A stretch of 49,093 nt of DNA from a virus (lineage: Duplodnaviria; Heunggongvirae; Uroviricota; Caudoviricetes). The stretch's first letter is position 1. Each line of letters opens with the position of its first letter. The DNA lies in the IMG/VR virus record IMGVR_UViG_2718218136_000007, positions 1 through 49,093 of that record. One strand, written 5' to 3'. Positions 34,640 through 42,842 of this stretch are shown piece after piece. A program made the translations under genes and the position numbers. Below the pieces are notes generated by a model. That model was not told where the DNA came from and did no database searches. It saw only the letters and a program-made list of their open reading frames with translations.

Positions 34640-35133
34640 TAAGCCCCCACGTAATTCCCTGACAGATACCACTCTTCACCCGATGCAGCGCGCTTGCTGC
34701 TTTTCCGTAAGCACCGCTCACGATGCGCCAGAAAATTGTTTCGTTCTGGCTGGGAGTGGCTTTCACGGAATGCCGCCATCCACACCGTTGCAGCTCGACG
34801 GAATAAGCCCCTGGACTCCAGTTCTTCAGCCTGGCGGGTCAGGCACAAAATCACCCGGGGGTCGTTAGTGCCGACATAGAAATTGCGCACAGGTCTGGTT
34901 TCACGAACAGATTGTGGTTCCGGCTCCTGCGCTCTCTCAGTCAGGCGCGGGAAATGTCTGCGTGTATCTCCTTCACAACGGTGAGCCACACGCCCACTCT
35001 GACGTAACTTGCTTGCTGACTGCAGAACGCGCTGCCGTGAGTAACCAGCAAAAGCATCCGCAATGTCTCCGGAAGTACACCCCGGATGGGCTTCAATGAA
35101 TTTCTGAACTTCATTCAAAAGACTCATGATCAC
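34639..35133 (-). CDS. Hypothetical protein, possibly PerC-like regulator
   Basis: 164 aa; C-terminal half contains EELESRGLFRRAATVWMAAF, reminiscent of the PerC-family motif as recalled; weak assignment. Confidence 0.35.
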   Translation of the reverse strand: MIMSLLNEVQKFIEAHPGCTSGDIADAFAGYSRQRVLQSASKLRQSGRVAHRCEGDTRRHFPRLTERAQEPEPQSVRETRPVRNFYVGTNDPRVILCLTRQAEELESRGLFRRAATVWMAAFRESHSQPERNNFLAHRERCLRKSSKRAASGEEWYLSGNYVGA

Positions 35134-35948
35134 CCCCTGAATCCTGCCGGGATCTGGCTGTAGTCCACGTTGTCGTAACTGGATTTGAAGTACGGGTCCT
35201 CACGTCTGGCTGCAGATACCGCAGGAACTTCCCAGGATTCTTCGAAATGACGATCCGGACCAAAGAACGTGACAGCCTGTTTCACAAATTGTGTGCCGCT
35301 GTTACCCATCGCAGATACCCAGCCCGCATAGCGTTTCACACCTTCCAGCATGGTTTCGGGGTTTACCCCCTCATTCAAACGGGCTTTCCAGGCTTTGAAG
35401 GCTGCAGATTTTGAATTGCCACCAGCACGTTTGGGATATGCCAGCCATGCCTGCTCAAACTCCGGAGAATATTCCGGTCGGTTTGAACGAACTCGCACGG
35501 ACTCATCAACTGATGCACCAACAGCTATTGGTTCATTGACTGGTTCTTTGACTGGTTCAAAAGAGTGACTGGTTCTGGGTGAATCTCCTGCACTACCCCC
35601 TGGTGCAACTCCTGCACTACCTGGTGAATTTGCTGCACCAGATAGTGAATTATTTGCACTACCACCTAGTGAATCTCCTGCACCATCCAGATGAAGGAGA
35701 TAGATATTACTTGAGTTACCTTTTTCACCTTTCCGGGTGACTTTTTTTACCAGCCCGGACTCACAAAGGGCCGCAATATGATTCATCACAGAACGTTTGC
35801 TAATCTCGCACTGGTCAGCAATATGCTGGTAGCTGGGCCAGCACTCACCCTGATCGCTGGCATTATCAGCCAGCTTGATCAGAACCAGTTTTCGCAATGG
35901 ATTACCCACTCGAATTTTCATCGCTTTAACCATCAGCTCCATACTCAT
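35130..35948 (-). CDS. Replication initiation protein (lambda O-like architecture: N-terminal wHTH, Gly/Ser-rich linker encoded by iterons, C-terminal domain)
   Basis: 272 aa; N-terminal wHTH (ISKRSVMNHIAALCESGLVKK); low-complexity linker GGSANNSLSGAANSPGSAGVAPGGSAGDSP; position downstream of cro/cII-like genes. Confidence 0.65.
   Translation of the reverse strand: MSMELMVKAMKIRVGNPLRKLVLIKLADNASDQGECWPSYQHIADQCEISKRSVMNHIAALCESGLVKKVTRKGEKGNSSNIYLLHLDGAGDSLGGSANNSLSGAANSPGSAGVAPGGSAGDSPRTSHSFEPVKEPVNEPIAVGASVDESVRVRSNRPEYSPEFEQAWLAYPKRAGGNSKSAAFKAWKARLNEGVNPETMLEGVKRYAGWVSAMGNSGTQFVKQAVTFFGPDRHFEESWEVPAVSAARREDPYFKSSYDNVDYSQIPAGFRG
35579..35688. repeat. Five direct repeats (about 20 bp, about 22-bp periodicity) inside the replication gene: candidate origin iterons
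   Basis: Repeat units starting at 35579, 35602, 35623, 35644, 35668 with consensus (G/A)GTGAAT-YWYYTGCAC(T/C)A; followed by a moderately AT-rich stretch 35690-35760. Confidence 0.55.
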
Positions 35949-36181
35949 GCTGCACCTCCGAGATGCTTCATGTTTTTTCCGGAGCGAAAGGTTATAAGCG
36001 GCATACTGACGCGGTAATTACGGCCCAGCGGTTCACAAATCACCTTCTGACATTCACGGTCAACCAGGCTAACACGTAGAACATGCCCTGCAGGCGTGGT
36101 GTACCACTGCCCAACTGTAGGAATTGATGTTTTTTTACGCTGAAATAAACGGTAAATGTTGAGGATCAACGGATTAAGCAT
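35945..36181 (-). CDS. Hypothetical protein (78 aa)
   Basis: ORF only; stop overlaps the replication gene start. Confidence 0.35.
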   Translation of the reverse strand: MLNPLILNIYRLFQRKKTSIPTVGQWYTTPAGHVLRVSLVDRECQKVICEPLGRNYRVSMPLITFRSGKNMKHLGGAA

Positions 36182-37010
36182 GACGATGCCCTCCGCTGAT
36201 ATTCAGGAGACGGTGAATATGAAAATTAGCCTTATCCGCCAGACGAATACGTTCAGCCTGCAAGTTAATAAGGGTTTCTACCAGAACCTGATGCGCCTGC
36301 GGATCCGAAAGAGTTACCTTGCGCAGAGCACGTAGTGCAGTTGTTACATAACTGAGTTTATGTAAGTCTTCATCATTCAGACGAGTGAGGGCTGGGACAG
36401 TAGCCATGATGGCAGCCTCCTTGATCGGTGAAATACTTCCACCACCGGAAACGCCAATTTCGCTGGTGGTGAACTGAACGGGGTTGGCGTAACCGGTGAT
36501 CAAGGAAACCGGCGCATCTTTCGATGCCCCCGCCCAGCCCACCATAACTTTGATGTGAGCAAATGCGGACGATAAAAAAGACGCTGGCGCGTCATATATC
36601 GCCTTGATCAATTCCAGGACGCCAATCCCGGCACCCGCTTTATAAGGTGCCTGAACAGTGTAACGTCCCGGAATGGCAGAATCAATGTGCTGGTGGTCCT
36701 TCACACTCAACAAAATCACGCCTGAATTTCCACAAAGGACTAAAGCACTCATGCGGGTAGTCTTTGCGAAGATAGATAACGCGCTGTGTTTCTGGTTCCC
36801 AACGAATAACATGGACATAAAGCCCTCTTCCGTCACGAAACCAGCGGTTAAGTTCCCGCACAACTCGCCCCCCACAGTCAGGTAAAGTTCTCTGTGGTTA
36901 CTTACAGCCAGGTGATTTGGTAATCTGCATTCATGCCGTAACAACAGGTGTTCAGCGACACTGACCACCAGCTGTTGCGACAAACGGTTATTTGCCGTTA
37001 AACTGTTCAT
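36174..37010 (-). CDS. Hypothetical protein (278 aa)
   Basis: ORF in operon context between the cII-like and replication genes; no family recognised by eye. Confidence 0.45.
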   Translation of the reverse strand: MNSLTANNRLSQQLVVSVAEHLLLRHECRLPNHLAVSNHRELYLTVGGELCGNLTAGFVTEEGFMSMLFVGNQKHSALSIFAKTTRMSALVLCGNSGVILLSVKDHQHIDSAIPGRYTVQAPYKAGAGIGVLELIKAIYDAPASFLSSAFAHIKVMVGWAGASKDAPVSLITGYANPVQFTTSEIGVSGGGSISPIKEAAIMATVPALTRLNDEDLHKLSYVTTALRALRKVTLSDPQAHQVLVETLINLQAERIRLADKANFHIHRLLNISGGHRHA

Positions 37011-37570
37011 GCGTTAGTTTCTCCACAGACACAAAACGCCACGACGCCCGGAGCTGCACACTCGCGGGCGTCACTCTTTTCTGGAGCGCAAAAGATTTTG
37101 TAGACCAGTGCTGCATGCTCTTGGAGCTTCGAAATTGACAGATACAACTCATCATTAATTGCTGTCTGCTCGTGTGGCTCCACGACCCCATCTTCGATTG
37201 CCGAACGAATCTGCTTTGAGTAATTCCCGATCTGTTCGATGACTTCCAGCAGGCGCTGGTTTATATCGGCGTTCTCTACTTCCTCAATTTCAGGAAGCGA
37301 TACGAACACCCCACCAGCAGACTGTGCGACAGCATCCGCAATGTAGTGAGTGCCAGCCGCGCGCTGTAAAACCATTGCCCATCCCAGCGGGAAAATCTGA
37401 TCGCCATCGGCACGAAGGCGGTTAAATAATGCGTTCTCTGTTACATCCAGCCAGTCAGCTGCTTCAGCGTAACCACCCGGCAACGCTGCGATAGTTTTTC
37501 TGACAGCTTTCACGTACCACTCAGGCTGTTTTTCTACTTTCCAGTGATACTTACCCACGGTTAGCCTCAT
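37007..37570 (-). CDS. Putative CII-like regulatory protein (phage 186 CII / CP76-like)
   Basis: 187 aa immediately downstream of cro-like gene; loose similarity in organisation to the 186 CII family; weak. Confidence 0.4.
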   Translation of the reverse strand: MRLTVGKYHWKVEKQPEWYVKAVRKTIAALPGGYAEAADWLDVTENALFNRLRADGDQIFPLGWAMVLQRAAGTHYIADAVAQSAGGVFVSLPEIEEVENADINQRLLEVIEQIGNYSKQIRSAIEDGVVEPHEQTAINDELYLSISKLQEHAALVYKIFCAPEKSDARECAAPGVVAFCVCGETNA

Positions 37571-37601
37571 CGTTCTGTGGTTAAAAATTGAAGGTGTTCT
37601 G

Positions 37602-37802
37602 TTAATCTTTCGGATAGATATCCGGTCTTAAGTCAGATTTCGTAATTGCACCTGACGTGCATTGCTCAAGTTTTTTCGCCAGCACAAAACTGGCTTTTTT
37701 ATAACCATTGAAAACCAGCCGTAAGTAGCCAGGTGTTGAGCCAACTTTTCCGGCCAACTCGCCCTGCTGTTCTTTGGTTAAAGAGTCCCAATACGCTTTC
37801 AT
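37602..37802 (-). CDS. Cro-like repressor (66 aa HTH)
   Basis: MKAYWDSLTKEQQGELAGKVGSTPGYLRLVFNGYKKASFVLAKKLEQCTSG... HTH; ATG at 37802 with GGAGG 9 nt upstream; divergent from cI-like gene; track ORF extends upstream. Confidence 0.75.
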   Translation of the reverse strand: MKAYWDSLTKEQQGELAGKVGSTPGYLRLVFNGYKKASFVLAKKLEQCTSGAITKSDLRPDIYPKD

Positions 37803-37807
37803 ACAAT

Positions 37808-37886
37808 ATGTACCTCCGATATACATATTACATGATTGAAATGAACCTTCAAGATACTTGTACCTTATCGGTACAAAGGTTTTAAT
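37808..37886. promoter_or_regulatory. Right operator/promoter region: two 7-5-7 palindromic operators plus candidate pR and pRM
   Basis: O-a ATGTACC-tccga-TATACAT (37808-37826); O-b TTGTACC-ttatc-GGTACAA (37858-37876); pR on minus strand -35 TTGAAG (37852-37847), -10 TAATAT (37830-37825); pRM on plus strand -35 TTGTAC (37858-37863), -10 TTTAAT (37881-37886), implying a nearly leaderless cI mRNA. Confidence 0.55.
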
Positions 37887-37892
37887 TTCGTT

Positions 37893-38567
37893 ATGAAAAC
37901 AATCCATGACATCCGGCGGTCTAACGCCAGAAAACTGAGAGATGGTGTTGGCGGGAATTCTTCCTTTGCCACCATGATTGATCGCGAGCCAACCCAGACC
38001 AGCAGGTTTATGGGAGATGGTGCTACTAAAAATATCGGTGACAGCATGGCGCGGCACATCGAAAAATGTTTCGACCTGCCTGTCGGATGGCTTGATCAAG
38101 AACACCAGACCACGAACATCACAAAAAAACCTGATGTTTCAATCACTAACAAACAAATAACGTTAGTCCCTGTCATATCATGGGTACAGGCCGGAGCATG
38201 GAAAGAAGTTGGCTATTCTGAGGTTGATTTGAGCACAGCAGAAACTTACCCCTGCCCTGTACCCTGTGGCGAAATGACTTATATCTTGCGGGTGATTGGT
38301 GATTCAATGATTGATGAGTACCGCCCTGGAGACATGATTTTTGTTGATCCCGAAGTCCCTGCCTGCCACGGTGACGACGTTATTGCATTGATGCACGATA
38401 CAGGCGAAACCACCTTCAAGCGATTGATAGAAGATGGAACACAGCGTTATCTCAAAGCATTAAACCCAAACTGGCCTGAGCCTTACATTAAGATTAACGG
38501 TAATTGCTCTATAATTGGTACAGTGATTTTCTCGGGAAAACCAAGAAGATACACAATAAAGGCCTAA
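37893..38567 (+). CDS. CI-like prophage repressor (HTH plus S24 LexA-like autopeptidase domain)
   Basis: 224 aa; C-terminal ILRVIGDSMIDEYRPGDMIFVDPE with Ser in GDSM and downstream Lys, typical S24 dyad; divergent from cro. Confidence 0.85.
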   Translation: MKTIHDIRRSNARKLRDGVGGNSSFATMIDREPTQTSRFMGDGATKNIGDSMARHIEKCFDLPVGWLDQEHQTTNITKKPDVSITNKQITLVPVISWVQAGAWKEVGYSEVDLSTAETYPCPVPCGEMTYILRVIGDSMIDEYRPGDMIFVDPEVPACHGDDVIALMHDTGETTFKRLIEDGTQRYLKALNPNWPEPYIKINGNCSIIGTVIFSGKPRRYTIKA

Positions 38568-38606
38568 TCAATATTTATGAATCTGCTTCGGCAGGTTTTT
38601 TTATAC

Positions 38607-38634
38607 TTGACAATGTACCCATGAGATACATAAT
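38607..38634 (+). promoter_or_regulatory. Candidate pL promoter (-35 TTGACA, 16-bp spacer, -10 CATAAT) with overlapping operator palindrome ATGTACC-catga-GATACAT
   Basis: TTGACA at 38607-38612, CATAAT at 38629-38634; operator at 38613-38631 shares the half-site with the oR operators. Confidence 0.55.
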
Positions 38635-39053
38635 GTATCCAAAAGAAACATGAGGCAGGCAAGATTCAAACAAAATTTGGTTGTAACACGGCGTATGGCA
38701 CATGCGTCGTTAGCGGTCTGGGGACGTTAAAGGGGACAATCCACTTCTTGCTCGGGCAAACAAACCAGGTAGCCGGAATGTGCAAGTCAATGATGATGCT
38801 GATAAGACGCCTAACCAGCGTGGCGATCCGGTTTGACGCCTGGGAAGAGACCAGGGTGCAACGATGAGGGCATTTATAGAGCCGCGACAAAGTGTGGTGC
38901 CGTAACTGGCTAAGTGCTCTCAGCGTTGTGGTAATCCGCGAAATGGCGCGGCGGTAAGTATGGCGGGGTTACTCTTTCCCCGTTGAGGACACCGGATTGT
39001 CAGGTTGACCATACGCCTGAGTGACAACCCCACCACAACAGCCACTGCTTTGG

Positions 39054-39099
39054 CGGTACCAGTTTGTACACTTGCTTCCGGCTGGTACCGCTCTTTTTA
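39054..39099 (+). terminator. Terminator-like hairpin in the pL leader (perfect 9-bp stem CGGTACCAG/CTGGTACCG, 19-nt loop, then CTCTTTTT); overlaps a boxA-like CGCTCTTTTTA
   Basis: Stem arms 39054-39062 and 39082-39090; T-run 39093-39098; followed by a long imperfect hairpin 39100-39186. Confidence 0.4.
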
Positions 39100-39235
39100 C
39101 AAAATAGAGAAGAGCATCACCGGACGACGGGCTCATAACCCAATCCATCCGGGCGGCTGCCACCGCAGGTGTTCTTCTCTGTTTTGTGGAGAAACCAACC
39201 GACCTTGCAGGGTCGATATGATGAGGAGCAGCAAA

Positions 39236-39598
39236 ATGGCTAGCGAACGCAGTACTGATGTGCAGGCATTTATCGGGGAGCTGGACGGCGGCGTATTTGA
39301 AACCAAAATCGGCGCAGTTCTCAGTGAAGTCGCTTCCGGTGTGATGAACACGAAAACCAAAGGTAAGGTCTCACTCAACCTGGAAATCGAACCATTTGAT
39401 GAGAACCGTGTGAAAATCAAACACAAACTCTCATATGTTCGCCCGACTAACCGCGGGAAAATTTCCGAAGAAGACACCACCGAAACGCCGATGTATGTCA
39501 ATCGCGGTGGTCGCCTGACTATTCTGCAGGAAGACCAGGGACAATTACTGACTCTTGCCGGTGAACCTGACGGAAAACTACGCGCAGCAGGTCATTAA
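39236..39598 (+). CDS. yfdP: YfdP-like protein (120 aa)
   Basis: MASERSTDVQAFIGELDGGVFETKIGAVLSEV...; GAGGAG 6 nt upstream; first gene of a yfdP-yfdQ-yfdR-yfdS array as in prophage CPS-53. Confidence 0.7.
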   Translation: MASERSTDVQAFIGELDGGVFETKIGAVLSEVASGVMNTKTKGKVSLNLEIEPFDENRVKIKHKLSYVRPTNRGKISEEDTTETPMYVNRGGRLTILQEDQGQLLTLAGEPDGKLRAAGH

Positions 39599-39663
39599 TA
39601 TCGTTCTTAATTAACTGATTATTTATCTCATCACTGAATATCTTTATATAGTGAGGACTTATT

Positions 39664-40488
39664 ATGTCTCAGAACTTAGACGCAACCGCAATTAATCAAA
39701 TCCATGCCCTTATTTCTGCTCAGGGTGTTAATGAAATTATCAGTAATATTGGTGCCGATGCTGTGGCATTGCCTGAGAATTTCCGCATTCATGATCTGGA
39801 AAAATTTAATTTAAATCGCTTCCGTTTCCGTGGTGCGCTTTCCACTGCCAGCATCGATGACTTTACCCGTTATTCTAAAGATCTTGCAGATGAAGGCACC
39901 CGCTGCTTTATCGATGCTGATAATATGCGTGCCGTCAGTGTACTTAACCTGGGTACTATTGATGAACCAGGTCACGCAGATAACACCGCCACTCTCAAAC
40001 TGAAAAAGACAGCACCGTTCTCTGCCCTGTTGTCTGTTAACGGCGAGCGTAACTCCCAGAAGTCACTGGCAGAATGGATTGAAGACTGGGCCGACTACCT
40101 TGTGGGCTTTGATGCTAATGGTGACGCTATTCAGGCAACAAAAGCGGCTGCGGCAGTCCGTAAAATCACGATTGAAGCAAACCAGACCGCTGATTTTGAA
40201 GATAATGACTTCAGCGGCAAACGCTCCCTGATGGAGTCTGTCGAAGCGAAGACCAAAGACATTATGCCAGTGGCATTTGAATTTAAATGCGTTCCGTTTG
40301 AAGGTCTGAAAGAACGTCCGTTTAAATTACGCCTCAGCATTATCACTGGCGATCGTCCTGTACTGGTTCTGCGCATTATTCAGCTGGAGGCGGTGCAGGA
40401 AGAAATGGCTAACGAATTTCGTGATCTGCTTGTTGAGAAATTCAAGGACAGCAAAGTAGAAACCTTTATTGGTACTTTCACCGCCTGA
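39664..40488 (+). CDS. yfdQ: YfdQ-like protein (DUF2303)
   Basis: 274 aa, same length and gene neighbourhood as E. coli YfdQ. Confidence 0.7.
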   Translation: MSQNLDATAINQIHALISAQGVNEIISNIGADAVALPENFRIHDLEKFNLNRFRFRGALSTASIDDFTRYSKDLADEGTRCFIDADNMRAVSVLNLGTIDEPGHADNTATLKLKKTAPFSALLSVNGERNSQKSLAEWIEDWADYLVGFDANGDAIQATKAAAAVRKITIEANQTADFEDNDFSGKRSLMESVEAKTKDIMPVAFEFKCVPFEGLKERPFKLRLSIITGDRPVLVLRIIQLEAVQEEMANEFRDLLVEKFKDSKVETFIGTFTA

Positions 40489-40615
40489 TTTCATTACTGC
40501 AAATGCCCCTGCGGGGGCATTTATGGAAACGTAATTTACTCAATAATCGCCGGATGGTGAGGGATTCTTTTTACCAGAATTCAGCGCGGTGCAGCGCATA
40601 TACGTGGAGAACAAA

Positions 40616-41152
40616 ATGTCATTTATCAAAACTTTTTCTGGGAAGCATTTTTATTATGACAGGATAAATAAAGACGACATCGATATTAACGATATCGCGG
40701 TTTCCCTTTCAAATATCTGTCGCTTTGCCGGTCATCTTTCGCACTTCTACAGCGTCGCCCAACATGCGGTTCTTTGCAGCCAGCTGGTGCCGCAGGAATT
40801 TGCTTTTGAAGCGTTAATGCATGATGCAACAGAAGCGTATTGCCAGGACATTCCCGCACCACTGAAACGCCTTCTTCCTGACTATAAACGGATGGAAGAA
40901 AAAATAGACGCCGTAATCCGTGAGAAATACGGGTTACCCCCGGTTATGAGTACACCCGTGAAATATGCCGATCTCATCATGCTGGCAACCGAACGCCGCG
41001 ATCTCGGGCTTGATGATGGCTCTTTCTGGCCTGTACTGGAAGGCATCCCGGCAACAGAGATGTTCAACGTGATTCCACTGGCACCGGGCCATGCCTACGG
41101 GATGTTTATGGAACGTTTTAACGATTTATCGGAGTTACGCAAATGCGCATGA
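40616..41152 (+). CDS. yfdR: HD-domain 5'-deoxynucleotidase YfdR-like
   Basis: 178 aa from ATG 40616 (GGAGA upstream); HD motif region ...SVAQHAV...LMHDATEAY... Confidence 0.75.
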   Translation: MSFIKTFSGKHFYYDRINKDDIDINDIAVSLSNICRFAGHLSHFYSVAQHAVLCSQLVPQEFAFEALMHDATEAYCQDIPAPLKRLLPDYKRMEEKIDAVIREKYGLPPVMSTPVKYADLIMLATERRDLGLDDGSFWPVLEGIPATEMFNVIPLAPGHAYGMFMERFNDLSELRKCA

Positions 41153-41231
41153 ATGTTTTCGAAATGGAAGGGTTTCTTCGCGGGAAATGTGTACCGCGAG
41201 ATCTGAAAGTGAACGAAACAAATGCTGAGTA

Positions 41232-42560
41232 CTGAGAGATCCCCTCATAATTTCCCCAAAGCGTAACCATGTGTGAATAAATTTTGAGCTAGTAGGGTTG
41301 CAGCCACGAGTAAGTCTTCCCTTGTTATTGTGTAGCCAGAATGCCGCAAAACTTCCATGCCTAAGCGAACTGTTGAGAGTACGTTTCGATTTCTGACTGT
41401 GTTAGCCTGGAAGTGCTTGTCCCAACCTTGTTTCTGAGCATGAACGCCCGCAAGCCAACATGTTAGTTGAAGCATCAGGGCGATTAGCAGCATGATATCA
41501 AAACGCTCTGAGCTGCTCGTTCGGCTATGGCGTAGGCCTAGTCCGTAGGCAGGACTTTTCAAGTCTCGGAAGGTTTCTTCAATCTGCATTCGCTTCGAAT
41601 AGATATTAACAAGTTGTTTGGGTGTTCGAATTTCAACAGGTAAGTTAGTTGCTAGAACCCATGGCTCCTTTGCCGACGCTGAGTAGATTTTAGGTGACGG
41701 GTGGTGACAATGAGTCCGTGTCGAGCGCTGATTTTTTCGGCCTTTAGAGCGAGATTTATACAATAGAATTTGGCATGAGATTGGATTGCTTTTAGTCAGC
41801 CTCTTATAGCCTAAAGTCTTTGAGTGACTAGATGACATATCATGTAAGTTGCTGATAGGTTTCCAGTTTTCCGCTCCTAGGTCTGCATATTGTACTTTTC
41901 CTCTTACTCGACTTAACCAGTACCAACCCAGCTTCTCAACGGATTTATACCATGGCACTTTAAAGCCAGCATCACTGACAATGAGCGGTGTGGTGTTACT
42001 CGGTAGAATGCTCGCAAGGTCGGCTAGAAATTGGTCATGAGCTTTCTTTGAACATTGCTCTGAAAGCGGGAACGCTTTCTCATAAAGAGTAACAGAACGA
42101 CCGTGTAGTGCGACTGAAGCTCGCAATACCATAAGTCGTTTTTGCTCACGAATATCAGACCAGTCAACAAGTACAATGGGCATCGTATTGCCCGAACAGA
42201 TAAAGCTAGCATGCCAACGGTATACAGCGAGTCGCTCTTTGTGGAGGTGACGATTACCTAACAATCGGTCGATTCGTTTGATGTTATGTTTTGTTCTCGC
42301 TTTGGTTGGCAGGTTACGGCCAAGTTCGGTAAGAGTGAGAGTTTTACAGTCAAGTAATGCGTGGCAAGCCAACGTTAAGCTGTTGAGTCGTTTTAAGTGT
42401 AATTCGGGGCAGAATTGGTAAAGAGAGTCGTGTAAAATATCGAGTTCGCACATCTTGTTGTCTGATTATTGATTTTTCGCGAAACCATTTGATCATATGA
42501 CAAGATGTGTATCTACCTTAACTTAATGATTTTGATAAAAATCATTAGGGGATTCATCAG
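41232..42560 (-). mobile_element. IS10 (1329 bp) insertion sequence
   Basis: Ends CTGAGAGATCCCCTCATAATTTCCCC (inside end, 41232-) and ...GGGGATTCATCAG (reverse complement of outside end CTGATGAATCCCC, ending 42560); flanked by 9-bp direct repeat TGCTGAGTA. Confidence 0.9.
41245..42453 (-). CDS. tnpA: IS10 transposase (IS4 family)
   Basis: 402 aa, MCELDILHDSLYQFCPELHLKRLNSLTLACHALLDCKTLTLTELGRNLPTKA... characteristic of Tn10/IS10 transposase. Confidence 0.9.
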   Translation of the reverse strand: MCELDILHDSLYQFCPELHLKRLNSLTLACHALLDCKTLTLTELGRNLPTKARTKHNIKRIDRLLGNRHLHKERLAVYRWHASFICSGNTMPIVLVDWSDIREQKRLMVLRASVALHGRSVTLYEKAFPLSEQCSKKAHDQFLADLASILPSNTTPLIVSDAGFKVPWYKSVEKLGWYWLSRVRGKVQYADLGAENWKPISNLHDMSSSHSKTLGYKRLTKSNPISCQILLYKSRSKGRKNQRSTRTHCHHPSPKIYSASAKEPWVLATNLPVEIRTPKQLVNIYSKRMQIEETFRDLKSPAYGLGLRHSRTSSSERFDIMLLIALMLQLTCWLAGVHAQKQGWDKHFQANTVRNRNVLSTVRLGMEVLRHSGYTITREDLLVAATLLAQNLFTHGYALGKL

Positions 42561-42842
42561 TGCTGAGTACCTGGTACGTAAATTCGACGCGCTTGAAGCT
42601 AAATGTGCGGCACTGGAAAACAAAATAATACCAGTGTCAACTGAACTGCCACCAGCAAATGAAAGTGTTCTGTTATTTGATGCTAATGGAGAAGACTGGC
42701 TGATTGGCTGGCGTTCTCTCTGGTACACCTGGGGACAAAAAGAAACCGGAGAATGGCAGTGGACATTTCAGGTCGGGGACCTTGAAAACTTCAATATCAC
42801 TCACTGGGCAGTAATGCCCAAAGCGCCGGAGGCTGGAGCATA

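Noticed and set aside
38650-38730. 26-codon ORF (MRQARFKQNLVVTRRMAHASLAVWGR) just downstream of pL as a possible N-like antiterminator
   Set aside because: Far too short for an N protein, poor ribosome-binding site, and the basic stretch is not a convincing arginine-rich motif; at most a leader peptide
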